From a virus (Duplodnaviria > Caudoviricetes): 57,556 bases of DNA. Shown one piece after another: positions 35,338-43,492 of this stretch. The stretch's first letter is position 1, and each line of letters starts with the position of its first letter. Position numbers and translations under genes: made by a program. The stretch covers positions 1-57,556 of IMG/VR virus record IMGVR_UViG_3300044210_000034; one strand, written 5' to 3'. The notes under the pieces are model-generated. The model was given only the letters and a program-made list of their open reading frames with translations, searched no databases and was not told the DNA's origin.

Positions 35338-35820
35338 ATGACGCGCCTCGCCGGGTCCAAGCTGCTCGCCGACGACTTCCAGATCCCGGACGTCGTGACG
35401 GCGTTCGGCAACGGCACCAACACCATCACCGCGACCACCTTCACCGACCTGCCGACGAACACCTGCGTCGCCGCCATCACCAACCCGCACCCGACCGCGA
35501 GCCTGCTCGTGCTGGTCGAGTTCGGCTGCTGGGCGGTCGCCTCGGCGAACGCCGTCCGGATGTGCCCGAGGGTGTCCGGCTCGCTGACGCTGGCGGCCGG
35601 GATCGGCTCGGGCGGCAACGGCCCGATCGGGTGGGGCGAGATCCCGCTCACCGCCAACACCGTGAACCCGCAGCAGGTGCAGGGCTGCGCCAACTACACG
35701 CTGCCCGCCTCGGCCACCCCCGCGACGTTCACCATGCAGGCGTTCCGGGACAGCGCGGCCGGGACGCAGAACGTGAACTACCCGACACTGAGGATCATTC
35801 CGCTCTACTACAGCCTGTGA
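35338..35820 (+). CDS. Tail-tip domain paralog 3 (putative receptor binding)
   Basis: Same motif set. Confidence 0.75.
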   Translation: MTRLAGSKLLADDFQIPDVVTAFGNGTNTITATTFTDLPTNTCVAAITNPHPTASLLVLVEFGCWAVASANAVRMCPRVSGSLTLAAGIGSGGNGPIGWGEIPLTANTVNPQQVQGCANYTLPASATPATFTMQAFRDSAAGTQNVNYPTLRIIPLYYSL

Positions 35821-35913
35821 CACCTCGGCCGTCCGGCTGCTTGCGAGAGGCACCAGGTCAGGGCACCGTTGCAGTACAACCTCAGCCGGGGCCAGGGCGA
35901 GAGGTATCACGCT

Positions 35914-36354
35914 GTGACACCGGAAGCATGGCAGGCGCTCGCCGCCATCGTGGGCACCGTCGGCACCGCCACGAGCGCCATCGCCGTGGCGATGCTGACC
36001 CGCACCAGGCGCGACGCCAAGCGCGGCGCCGAGGCCGCCGAGTCGGCGGCGGCCAACACCGAACCGATCTCCGACGGGTTCGCCAAGCGGACCACCGAGA
36101 CGCTCGCCGACCTCGGGCGGCGCTCGCGGGCGCACGAGGCGCGGCTGACGTGGATCACCGACGCGCTCGGCCAGCACCTCACCCTGCACCACGCGGACGA
36201 CCTGCGCCGCAACGGAATGCGAGCCGCGCCGCCGTCGAGCTGGTGGCCGCCGGGCGGCGAGGAAGCCGCCGACATGCTGTTCGGGTTCGGCGACCTGAGC
36301 CCGGACGACGAGGACCGCGCCGACGAGGGCCGGTGGGGCAGCTCACACGGGTGA
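35914..36354 (+). CDS. Membrane protein of the lysis cassette
   Basis: N-terminal TM then helical region; start uncertain. Confidence 0.55.
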   Translation: MTPEAWQALAAIVGTVGTATSAIAVAMLTRTRRDAKRGAEAAESAAANTEPISDGFAKRTTETLADLGRRSRAHEARLTWITDALGQHLTLHHADDLRRNGMRAAPPSSWWPPGGEEAADMLFGFGDLSPDDEDRADEGRWGSSHG

Positions 36355-36454
36355 TCGAATTGCCTGCGGAACGCACCGTGCGGTGCCACACTCCGATCAG
36401 CACCGCCGCGACGCTCCACCTCCGCCCCACGAGCCCGACCCCGAGGACGATGCG

Positions 36455-37369
36455 ATGAATCGCGCCACGGTCCTGCCCGGCGCCAACCGAACCGCGCAAT
36501 GGTTCGCCGACGACCACCCCGGGACCGTGTTCGACTCCATCGAGAAGGTGCTGTTGCACACCACCGAGGGGTCGGGCTGGCCGGGGTACCAGGGCGGGGC
36601 GGTCGCCCCGAATCTGACCGGCTACCCCGACCAGGCGGCGCGGGCGATGCTGTGGCGCGCGCACTTCCCCGTGAACATGAGCAGCCGCGCCCTGATGCAC
36701 ACCCGCACGCAGCCGACCAACGGCGACCACGTGGTGCAGATCGAGCTTGTCGGCACCTGCGTGCCCGGTGGGCCGGGGCTGTACTGGCCGGGCGCGCCCG
36801 AGTGGGCGCTCGCGGGCGTGGCGGACATGCTCGCATGGCTGCACGCCGAGTGGGGCGTGCCCCTGGTCAGCACCGTGGCCTGGCGGGCGTACAACGCCCC
36901 CGGCGACGGCCAGCGGCTCAGCGACAACGCCTACGACGCCTACCGGGGCATCCTCGGCCACCAGCACGCCCCGCAGAACGACCACCGCGACCCGGGCGCG
37001 CTCAACGTCGCCCGGGTGCTCCAGCTCGCCACCACCACCGGAGGAACCGTGTCGCAGGAGAACCCCACGCTCCAGGAGATCCAGGGCGGGATCTTGTACT
37101 ACAAGCTCGACGCCAACCACGTGAACCCGCTCACGATGCTGACCCGCACCTACGACGCGGTGAACATCCTGCTCGCCAAGGAACAGGGTCAGGACGCGGT
37201 GCTGTCGGCCATCACGGCGGCGCTGCCCGGGCTGGCCGAGGACGTGGCCGCCCGGGTCGTGGCCGCGCTCCCGGCGACCGGCTCGGGCACGGGCGGGGCG
37301 ATCACCCCGGCGGACGTCAAGGCGGCGGTGCGCGAGGTGCTCACCGAGGGAACGGGAGGGACGCCGTGA
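36455..37369 (+). CDS. Endolysin, N-acetylmuramoyl-L-alanine amidase (Amidase_2)
   Basis: LLHTTEG, VQIE, GHQHAPQNDHRDPG. Confidence 0.88.
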   Translation: MNRATVLPGANRTAQWFADDHPGTVFDSIEKVLLHTTEGSGWPGYQGGAVAPNLTGYPDQAARAMLWRAHFPVNMSSRALMHTRTQPTNGDHVVQIELVGTCVPGGPGLYWPGAPEWALAGVADMLAWLHAEWGVPLVSTVAWRAYNAPGDGQRLSDNAYDAYRGILGHQHAPQNDHRDPGALNVARVLQLATTTGGTVSQENPTLQEIQGGILYYKLDANHVNPLTMLTRTYDAVNILLAKEQGQDAVLSAITAALPGLAEDVAARVVAALPATGSGTGGAITPADVKAAVREVLTEGTGGTP

Positions 37370-37608
37370 GGCTCATGGACTGGGTTCGGTACCTCAAGAA
37401 GGGGCTGATCGCCGCCACCGCCGCGCTCGGGGTGCTGGCCGACGCCCTGACCCCGGCGAGCGCGGGCGGCACGGCCGTCACGACCGCCGAGTGGGTCGCC
37501 ATCGCGCTGGCCGGGGTCGGCGCGGTCGGGGTGCTGGCGGCGAAGAACGGCGACCACCCCGACGAGGTGGCCGCGCGCCGCGCCGACAGCGCGACCGGTG
37601 GTGCGTGA
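37366..37608 (+). CDS. Holin (putative)
   Basis: YLKKGLIAA...VTTAEWVAIALA, two TMs, coupled to lysin. Confidence 0.75.
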   Translation: MRLMDWVRYLKKGLIAATAALGVLADALTPASAGGTAVTTAEWVAIALAGVGAVGVLAAKNGDHPDEVAARRADSATGGA

Positions 37609-37832
37609 GCGACGGCCGCCACGTCGAGCACGAGCCCGAGTGGTGCTGGGAGGTGCGGGCGCTGGCCTGCTTCCTGGCGGTGCTCGGGTTCGTGCTGTTC
37701 GGCGTCTGCCTGGCCTGCCTGTGGCTGACCGGCCCGACGGGCTACCTCGGGCGGCCGGTCGACGTCTCGTCGACCTCGATGTCGTCCGCCTCGTCGTCGC
37801 CGTCGAGCGGGTCCTCGTCGGCACCGGCCTGA
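37605..37832 (+). CDS. Small TM protein
   Basis: GTGA coupling; one hydrophobic helix. Confidence 0.45.
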   Translation: MSDGRHVEHEPEWCWEVRALACFLAVLGFVLFGVCLACLWLTGPTGYLGRPVDVSSTSMSSASSSPSSGSSSAPA

Positions 37833-38560
37833 AGCTGGGCGAGCCGGGCCTGAGCCTCGTCGGCCAGCCGCCGGGCGCGGCCGAGCGCGTTCATCTGCTC
37901 GATGACGTCCTCGACGGCCCGCAGCACCGGGTCGACCCCTTCCTCGGGGCGCACCCACCGCCCCGACGTCGGCGGGGCGAGTAGGTACAGCAGCGCGGCG
38001 GCCACCGTGCGGGGGCTGTCGTGGGCGCCGCCGAGCAGCTTGTGGTTGCACTCGACGCAGCAGCCGCCCCGCACCGCCCCGGTGCCGTGGTCGTGCTCGA
38101 CGGCGGGGGCGCGGTCGCGCTGGCGGTTGCGGCAGATGGCGCACCGGCCGCCCTGAAGCTCCATGATGGCCGCCCACGACTCGTCGGCCAGCCCGTACAC
38201 CGTTCGGCGCCTGGCGGCCTGCTGGGAGGCGCGTGCGCACGCCTTGCAGCGGGTGCCGGTGCAGTACCACAGCGGCACGAACGACTGGCAGCCCGAGCAC
38301 CACCGGAAGCCCTCGGGCCACTCGACGGCGGGCACCCGCTCGCGGTGCGGCATCGCCGCCGCCTTGAGCCGTAGCTCGGCGGCGACCGCCTGCCCGGGGA
38401 ACGTGGTCCGTTCGAGCCGGTGCCAGTAGCACATCGGCGAGCGCGGGTCGACGGTGGTCTCGCGGCACGGCCCGACGTCTTCCTCCTTGATCACAATGCG
38501 CCGGTTGCACAGCCGGGGGTTGGTGACCCGGCGCGGCGCGGTGGGTGTGGCGGCGGTCAT
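37742..38560 (-). CDS. Recombination endonuclease VII-family protein
   Basis: YGL...QGGRCAIC...VEHDHGTGAVRGGCCVECN..LG. Confidence 0.85.
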   Translation of the reverse strand: MTAATPTAPRRVTNPRLCNRRIVIKEEDVGPCRETTVDPRSPMCYWHRLERTTFPGQAVAAELRLKAAAMPHRERVPAVEWPEGFRWCSGCQSFVPLWYCTGTRCKACARASQQAARRRTVYGLADESWAAIMELQGGRCAICRNRQRDRAPAVEHDHGTGAVRGGCCVECNHKLLGGAHDSPRTVAAALLYLLAPPTSGRWVRPEEGVDPVLRAVEDVIEQMNALGRARRLADEAQARLAQLQAGADEDPLDGDDEADDIEVDETSTGRPR

Positions 38561-38665
38561 GACGACCCCTTCCGGTGGGTAGACACACCGCGACGCCCGC
38601 CCCCGGGCCAGGTGGGGACGGGCGTCGCGAATGATCGTTGCAGATGGTGCCCGCGCCGACCAGGG

Positions 38666-38947
38666 TCAGGCGGGGGCGTTCTCGTCGGCGGTCAGCTCGG
38701 CCGCGTCGTCCGGCACGGTCTCGCCGAGGGCGGCCGACTCGGCGAGCGCGGCGGACACCTTCTCGCGCAGGTCGTCGGTCACCGCGCGGTGCTGGGCGTA
38801 CATCTCCAGGTCGCCGTCGGTGGAGTCGAGCCGGGCCTTGGCGTCGGCGTACCGCTCGGCGTGCTTGCGGACGACGGCGAGGGTCGTGTCGTGCTGTTCG
38901 AGCAGGCGCTCGACCTTGGCGACGGCGGTCGCGGCGTTCATTGCCAT
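38666..38947 (-). CDS. Small helical hypothetical protein
   Basis: Clean ORF between hairpins. Confidence 0.6.
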   Translation of the reverse strand: MAMNAATAVAKVERLLEQHDTTLAVVRKHAERYADAKARLDSTDGDLEMYAQHRAVTDDLREKVSAALAESAALGETVPDDAAELTADENAPA

Positions 38948-39080
38948 GACGAATGATCTTCTCTGTCTCGGAAGCGGTGGAGGTGGAACGGAACCGGGCG
39001 GGCGCTCGGGGGCTTCCCCACCCCGTCGCGCCCGGCCGGTGATCAGTGCTGGCCGATCAGGTGCTCAGGCGAGCCGGGGA

Positions 39081-39587
39081 TCACTCCCAGGGGTTCGACG
39101 CCTTGGCCTTGGCCGCCGCCGCACGGGCGTAGTCCTTGGCGAGCTGCACCTGCTCGGCGGTGGGCGCCTCCAGCACCCACGGGGCGTTGCGCCCGCGCTG
39201 GCTCGGCACGCCCTTGACCAGGACGCCGAGACCGCGCTTGCCGCGCTTCATCTTCTGCTTGAGGAACGAGGTCACCTGGTCGCCGGTGAACTGGAAGCCC
39301 TCCAGCTCGAACGGCAGGGACTCACCCTCGAAGAAGTCGGTCGGCATGGGCTCGCCGCCCTCGGACGGCGCCTGAAGCACCACGACGTCGCACTCGACCC
39401 ACACGTAGGTCTTGCCGTCGTTGTTCTTGCTCGGCCGGGTGCCCTCGTCGTAGGGCTTCATCAGGAGCAGGCACCCCTCGATGTCCTCCATGCGGGCGAA
39501 GGAAGAGCCGGTCGCGAGGGCGATGTCGTCGACACCCTCGTCGAGGTCGTCGAAGTTCTCGGGCGCCTCGGTGGTCTTGTTGACCAT
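39081..39587 (-). CDS. Putative ssDNA-binding / recombination protein
   Basis: GGGAGG SD; beta-rich core, NPWE end; next to exonuclease; function inferred from context. Confidence 0.45.
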   Translation of the reverse strand: MVNKTTEAPENFDDLDEGVDDIALATGSSFARMEDIEGCLLLMKPYDEGTRPSKNNDGKTYVWVECDVVVLQAPSEGGEPMPTDFFEGESLPFELEGFQFTGDQVTSFLKQKMKRGKRGLGVLVKGVPSQRGRNAPWVLEAPTAEQVQLAKDYARAAAAKAKASNPWE

Positions 39588-39810
39588 GATGTGATCCTCC
39601 CGGATCGAGTTGAGCTGAGCTGAGTTGGGTTGGGAGGTGCTTGTCACTCGGTCGTCGGGCCGGGCGCCTGCCGCTCGTACTGCTCGGTGCGGCGCCCCGT
39701 TTCTGGCGGGAAGTCGGGCGCCCGGCCCTTCGACCTACTCGGTCTTACTTGGTGTGGTTAGAACCTACCATGCTTCGGGGGGTGATGCAACCCCGAGATC
39801 GGAAGGATCT

Positions 39811-40899
39811 TCAGAATCCCTTGCCCACCAACGAGTTGACGTGCTCGGACAGGCTGTTGCGGTACCGGTCGACGGCCGAGTCGACGAGGTACTCGGGGGT
39901 CTTGACGGGGTAGATCTTCACCTTGCCGGTCTCGATCGAGGCCGACACGAGCCCGCCCACGTCCGGCACGAGGTCGGCGTGCCAGTCGTGGGTTTCGCCG
40001 GTGCGCCAGTCGTGCGGGCGGCAGCGCGAGTACATCGCGAGCTGCGTCGCGTGCGTGATCCACTGCATCTTGCCCGTTTTCTTGTCGACCACGATCACCG
40101 CGCCGACGTCGAGACTGGCGGCGGCCGAGAACTTGGTCGCCTTGACCACGCGGGCGAGGTGGTCGACGGTGCCCGCGAGCCGCCGGGCGTAGTCCACGCC
40201 GAACCGCTCGTGTTCGAGCAGTTCGAGACCGCACCGTTCGAGCGCCTCGTAGAACGCCTTCGCCGTGATGTCGTACTGCGCCAGCGTCGGCCCGAAGGTG
40301 GGGTCGATGACCGGCGCGCCGGGCACGGTGAAGGCGTGCCACGCGGTACCGCGGCTGGCCGCCGACAGCGTTCCGCCCATCGGCACGTGCGTCTCGCCGG
40401 GCTTCACCTTGATCATCTCGTCGATGTCGATCCCGTCGTCGGCCGCCCTGATGAGCAGCTCATCCGTGATCGCGTCGATGCGCTTACCGTCCTTGTAGAC
40501 GAGCCCGGCGAGCTCGGCCTGCAAGTCGGGGCGCCGCGCGAGCGCGAGCAGCGCCATCCGCTGCCGCCACAGCGACAGCCCGTGCGCTACGTCGTTCCAC
40601 CCGGCCGCGGTGCTCACCCGGGCGAAGTGGCGGCGGCCGTCGGCCGACTGGCGCTTCTCGACCTTGCCGTCGGGCCAGGCTGCCGGGGCGAGCCCCCACG
40701 CCGGGTCGGGCAGCAGCATCGGGCGCCCCCACTGATCACGCGGAACGCCGAGCTCTTCGAGCGGGTCGTAGGGCTTGGCCGGGCGCGCCGGGGCTGCCTC
40801 GATGTCGTCGAAGTCGAGCGGGTCGTGCAGATCCACGGGCTCGAAGTCGCACTCGTACACCTCGGGGCCGATGTCCTTCGAGAGGTCGAGGGAGCTCAT
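39811..40899 (-). CDS. PD-(D/E)XK exonuclease (RecE/Cas4-like)
   Basis: RDQWGRP, RVST, RGTAWH, AGTVD, VVDKKTG, QLAMY. Confidence 0.8.
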   Translation of the reverse strand: MSSLDLSKDIGPEVYECDFEPVDLHDPLDFDDIEAAPARPAKPYDPLEELGVPRDQWGRPMLLPDPAWGLAPAAWPDGKVEKRQSADGRRHFARVSTAAGWNDVAHGLSLWRQRMALLALARRPDLQAELAGLVYKDGKRIDAITDELLIRAADDGIDIDEMIKVKPGETHVPMGGTLSAASRGTAWHAFTVPGAPVIDPTFGPTLAQYDITAKAFYEALERCGLELLEHERFGVDYARRLAGTVDHLARVVKATKFSAAASLDVGAVIVVDKKTGKMQWITHATQLAMYSRCRPHDWRTGETHDWHADLVPDVGGLVSASIETGKVKIYPVKTPEYLVDSAVDRYRNSLSEHVNSLVGKGF

Positions 40900-41156
40900 C
40901 GCGTACCGCCCTCGGGCCAGCCGAGAGCGGCCGACGACTTGGTGCCCACGGTGAACAGGTACGTCGTCGGCAGGTGGCGCGCCTCGAACTCGGTTCCGTC
41001 CTGGTCGGTGTCCGGTTCGTAGGCGATGAACAGCTCGCCCACGTTCGGGTCGTAGCTGATCCGGAAGTAGCCGGGATCGTCGCCGTCGGCGTAGTCGGCG
41101 CACCCTTCGGCGATCAGTTCGACCAATTTAGCGATGGGCATGGGGATCTTGCTCAT
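40896..41156 (-). CDS. Hypothetical protein
   Basis: ATGA-coupled on both sides. Confidence 0.6.
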   Translation of the reverse strand: MSKIPMPIAKLVELIAEGCADYADGDDPGYFRISYDPNVGELFIAYEPDTDQDGTEFEARHLPTTYLFTVGTKSSAALGWPEGGTR

Positions 41157-41944
41157 GCTGCGTCTTCCTCCGATTCGGTGGACGGCGCCGGGTCCTCGGT
41201 CTTGCGACCCGGCTTGCCGGTCTTGCGGTGCTGCACGTTGGTGCCCGCCTCGTTGACGGGCAGGGCCGCCTCGACGAGCCACGGGTGATCCGGGTCGTTC
41301 TTCGACAGCCCCTTGAAGGTGACCTTCTCGGCCTCCACCTGCTCGCGCGACCTGCTGCCGGGCTTGAGCATCCGGATCAGCGCCTTGCCGTCGTCGCCGC
41401 GCCGGTAGAGCGTGCGTTCGAGGCTGGCCGCGCCCTTGTAGCCGAGCCGGTCGGCGATCTCGTCGATGGTGGCCCCGGGGTACTCGTCGAGGACCGCCGC
41501 CACGCGCTCAAGAAGCGGGACGCGGGCGGCGGCGGGTTTTCCCGGGGTGCCGGTGGCCGGGTCGAGGGCGGGGGTCTGCCCGGGGGACGCCTCGAAGTCC
41601 AGGCCGCCCCAGATGCCGAACGCCTGCCGGGTGTCCTCGGCCCACGACCGGCAGGTCGCCAGGACCGGGCAGCCGTAGCAGAGCATCATCGCCCGGTGCC
41701 GCTCGGCGGGCAGCGGGCTGAACCACAGCTCGGCGTCGTGAAGGCCCGAGGCGCAGGTGCCGCGCGAGCGCCAGTCGCGCTCGGCTTCCTCTGGTCGGGT
41801 GAAGGCCGTGCGCCGACGGATCGGCGGGCGGCCGGTGGGGGATGAGCGCCGGGCAGGGGTGCCCGTTGCCTCGGTCGGGTCGAGCTGTTCCGGTGGAGGC
41901 AACGGCACCCCTCGCGGCGGGGTTTCCGTCGTCATGCCCATCAT
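41153..41944 (-). CDS. whiB: WhiB-family regulator fused to a C-terminal HTH
   Basis: W..RGTC...WF...CYGCPVLATC...GIWGG, then TIDEIADRLGY. Confidence 0.88.
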   Translation of the reverse strand: MMGMTTETPPRGVPLPPPEQLDPTEATGTPARRSSPTGRPPIRRRTAFTRPEEAERDWRSRGTCASGLHDAELWFSPLPAERHRAMMLCYGCPVLATCRSWAEDTRQAFGIWGGLDFEASPGQTPALDPATGTPGKPAAARVPLLERVAAVLDEYPGATIDEIADRLGYKGAASLERTLYRRGDDGKALIRMLKPGSRSREQVEAEKVTFKGLSKNDPDHPWLVEAALPVNEAGTNVQHRKTGKPGRKTEDPAPSTESEEDAA

Positions 41945-41998
41945 GCTACTAGGTCCTGGTAGGACTGCGCAACAGGGTGGAGTAATGCGGCGGGTGTC

Positions 41999-42547
41999 CT
42001 AGTGGTGACGGTGCGGGGTCGCGGCGCGGCGGGACTCATGAAGGGCATGTAGCACGGCCGGGTCGCCCGGCGCTGCCAGATTCACCGGATCGTCGTCCGC
42101 GAGGGCGTGGAACAGGTGCAGGTGGGCCGCAAGGTGGTGCGGTGCCATCGTCCGAACGTCCGGGCAGTTCGCGGGTGCCGTCGGGTCGTCGAGGTCGCGC
42201 TCGGCCACCACGTGCGCCCCGAGCATCACCTGCACCAGGGCGCTGGCGAGCTGGCCCTGCGCCGCCTCGGACAGCCCGGCGACACGCTGCTCGGCGGCGG
42301 CCAGCTCGGGCGGGGCGACGTACAGCGTGTCGCCCGGCTGCAAGATCGTGACCATGTTCCCGGGCGGCGGCGAGCCGGTGCTCTCCTGCCCGCTACGGGC
42401 ATTGCGCATCGTGATCCGGTCGCCGCTGCGCGCCAGCACCCACCACACCCCGGACTTGAGCCGGACCACCGCGCCGACCGGCACGTGCCGCCACTCGTGC
42501 AGGGCCGCCTCGGCGGGGCTCTTCTCGATCTTGTCGGTGACGCTCAC
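41999..42547 (-). CDS. Hypothetical protein
   Basis: GGAGGA SD before GTG. Confidence 0.6.
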   Translation of the reverse strand: MSVTDKIEKSPAEAALHEWRHVPVGAVVRLKSGVWWVLARSGDRITMRNARSGQESTGSPPPGNMVTILQPGDTLYVAPPELAAAEQRVAGLSEAAQGQLASALVQVMLGAHVVAERDLDDPTAPANCPDVRTMAPHHLAAHLHLFHALADDDPVNLAAPGDPAVLHALHESRRAATPHRHH

Positions 42548-42999
42548 AGCGGGTTCCTCCCGGCGGTGTCGGCGTGGTCGAGGTCGGCGAGGTCGTCCAC
42601 CTCGAAGACGATCTCGGGCAGGGCGGCGAGGGCGTGCCGCTCGGCGTCGTCCCGGTAGGCCGCCGCGAGGCGCCCGGCGGCGCGCTCGGCCGCCTCGTCG
42701 GCGACGTCGGGCGTGCTCACGGGCGGCTCGGGCGGCTCGACGGTCCTCAGATCGGGCGTGTGCCCGGCCGGGCTCGCCAGCTCGAAGCACATCATCGACA
42801 GCCGGTCGTAGTGCTCGCCGAGGCGGCGCAGCCGGTGCAGGGACATCTCGGCCAGCGCGCGGCGGGCGCCGTCGGGGTCGTCGAGGTCGAGGTAGGCCAC
42901 CGCACGGGCGGTGGGGTCGAGGAAGTCGCGGGGGTCGACGCGCTCGACCGGGCCGTCGGACGGCGGCGCGTCGTGCACAGGGTGGTGCATGTCGGACAT
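42544..42999 (-). CDS. Hypothetical protein
   Basis: GAGGA SD. Confidence 0.6.
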   Translation of the reverse strand: MSDMHHPVHDAPPSDGPVERVDPRDFLDPTARAVAYLDLDDPDGARRALAEMSLHRLRRLGEHYDRLSMMCFELASPAGHTPDLRTVEPPEPPVSTPDVADEAAERAAGRLAAAYRDDAERHALAALPEIVFEVDDLADLDHADTAGRNPL

Positions 43000-43193
43000 C
43001 GGTGATCCTCTCGATCATGGTTCGGTGCGAGCGGCGGGGCGCGGGGGGATACTGCCGGGACCGCGACGTACCCGAGATCGAGATCATCGAGGTCACCCCC
43101 GTGACGCCCACCCTCGCCGGTGCTCTACCAGGTGCGGTACGATGCTACCAGCACCTAGTAGGACATGACTACGAGAGGGAGGGTGAGGGCGAG

Positions 43194-43403
43194 ATGGCGA
43201 CCTTCGAGGCGCAGCTTTCGGCGCAGATTTCGCAGGGGCAGAAGGACGAGATCGCCGCGCTGCTGGCCGAGGACCGGTCCAACGGCAAGACCAGCGAGGC
43301 GGACATCGTCCGGGCAGCTCTACGCGAGGGGCTGCCACGTCTGCGGCGCAAGTCGTCGGCGGACCGGCTGCGGCTGTACGCACAGATCAACCGGGGCGAG
43401 TAG
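43194..43403 (+). CDS. Ribbon-helix-helix (CopG-like) DNA-binding protein
   Basis: QLSAQIS strand, helix, SEADIVRAALREGL. Confidence 0.65.
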   Translation: MATFEAQLSAQISQGQKDEIAALLAEDRSNGKTSEADIVRAALREGLPRLRRKSSADRLRLYAQINRGE

Positions 43404-43492
43404 AAACGCGAAAGCGGCGGGTCCGACGCCGCCGCTTCGCTTGGAACGAGAGGTATTCCGATGTCCCTCCACACTGTAACCGGCGACCCCGC

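Noticed and set aside
39811-40899. CRISPR-associated Cas4
   Set aside because: No Fe-S cysteine cluster or cas context; ordinary phage recombination exonuclease
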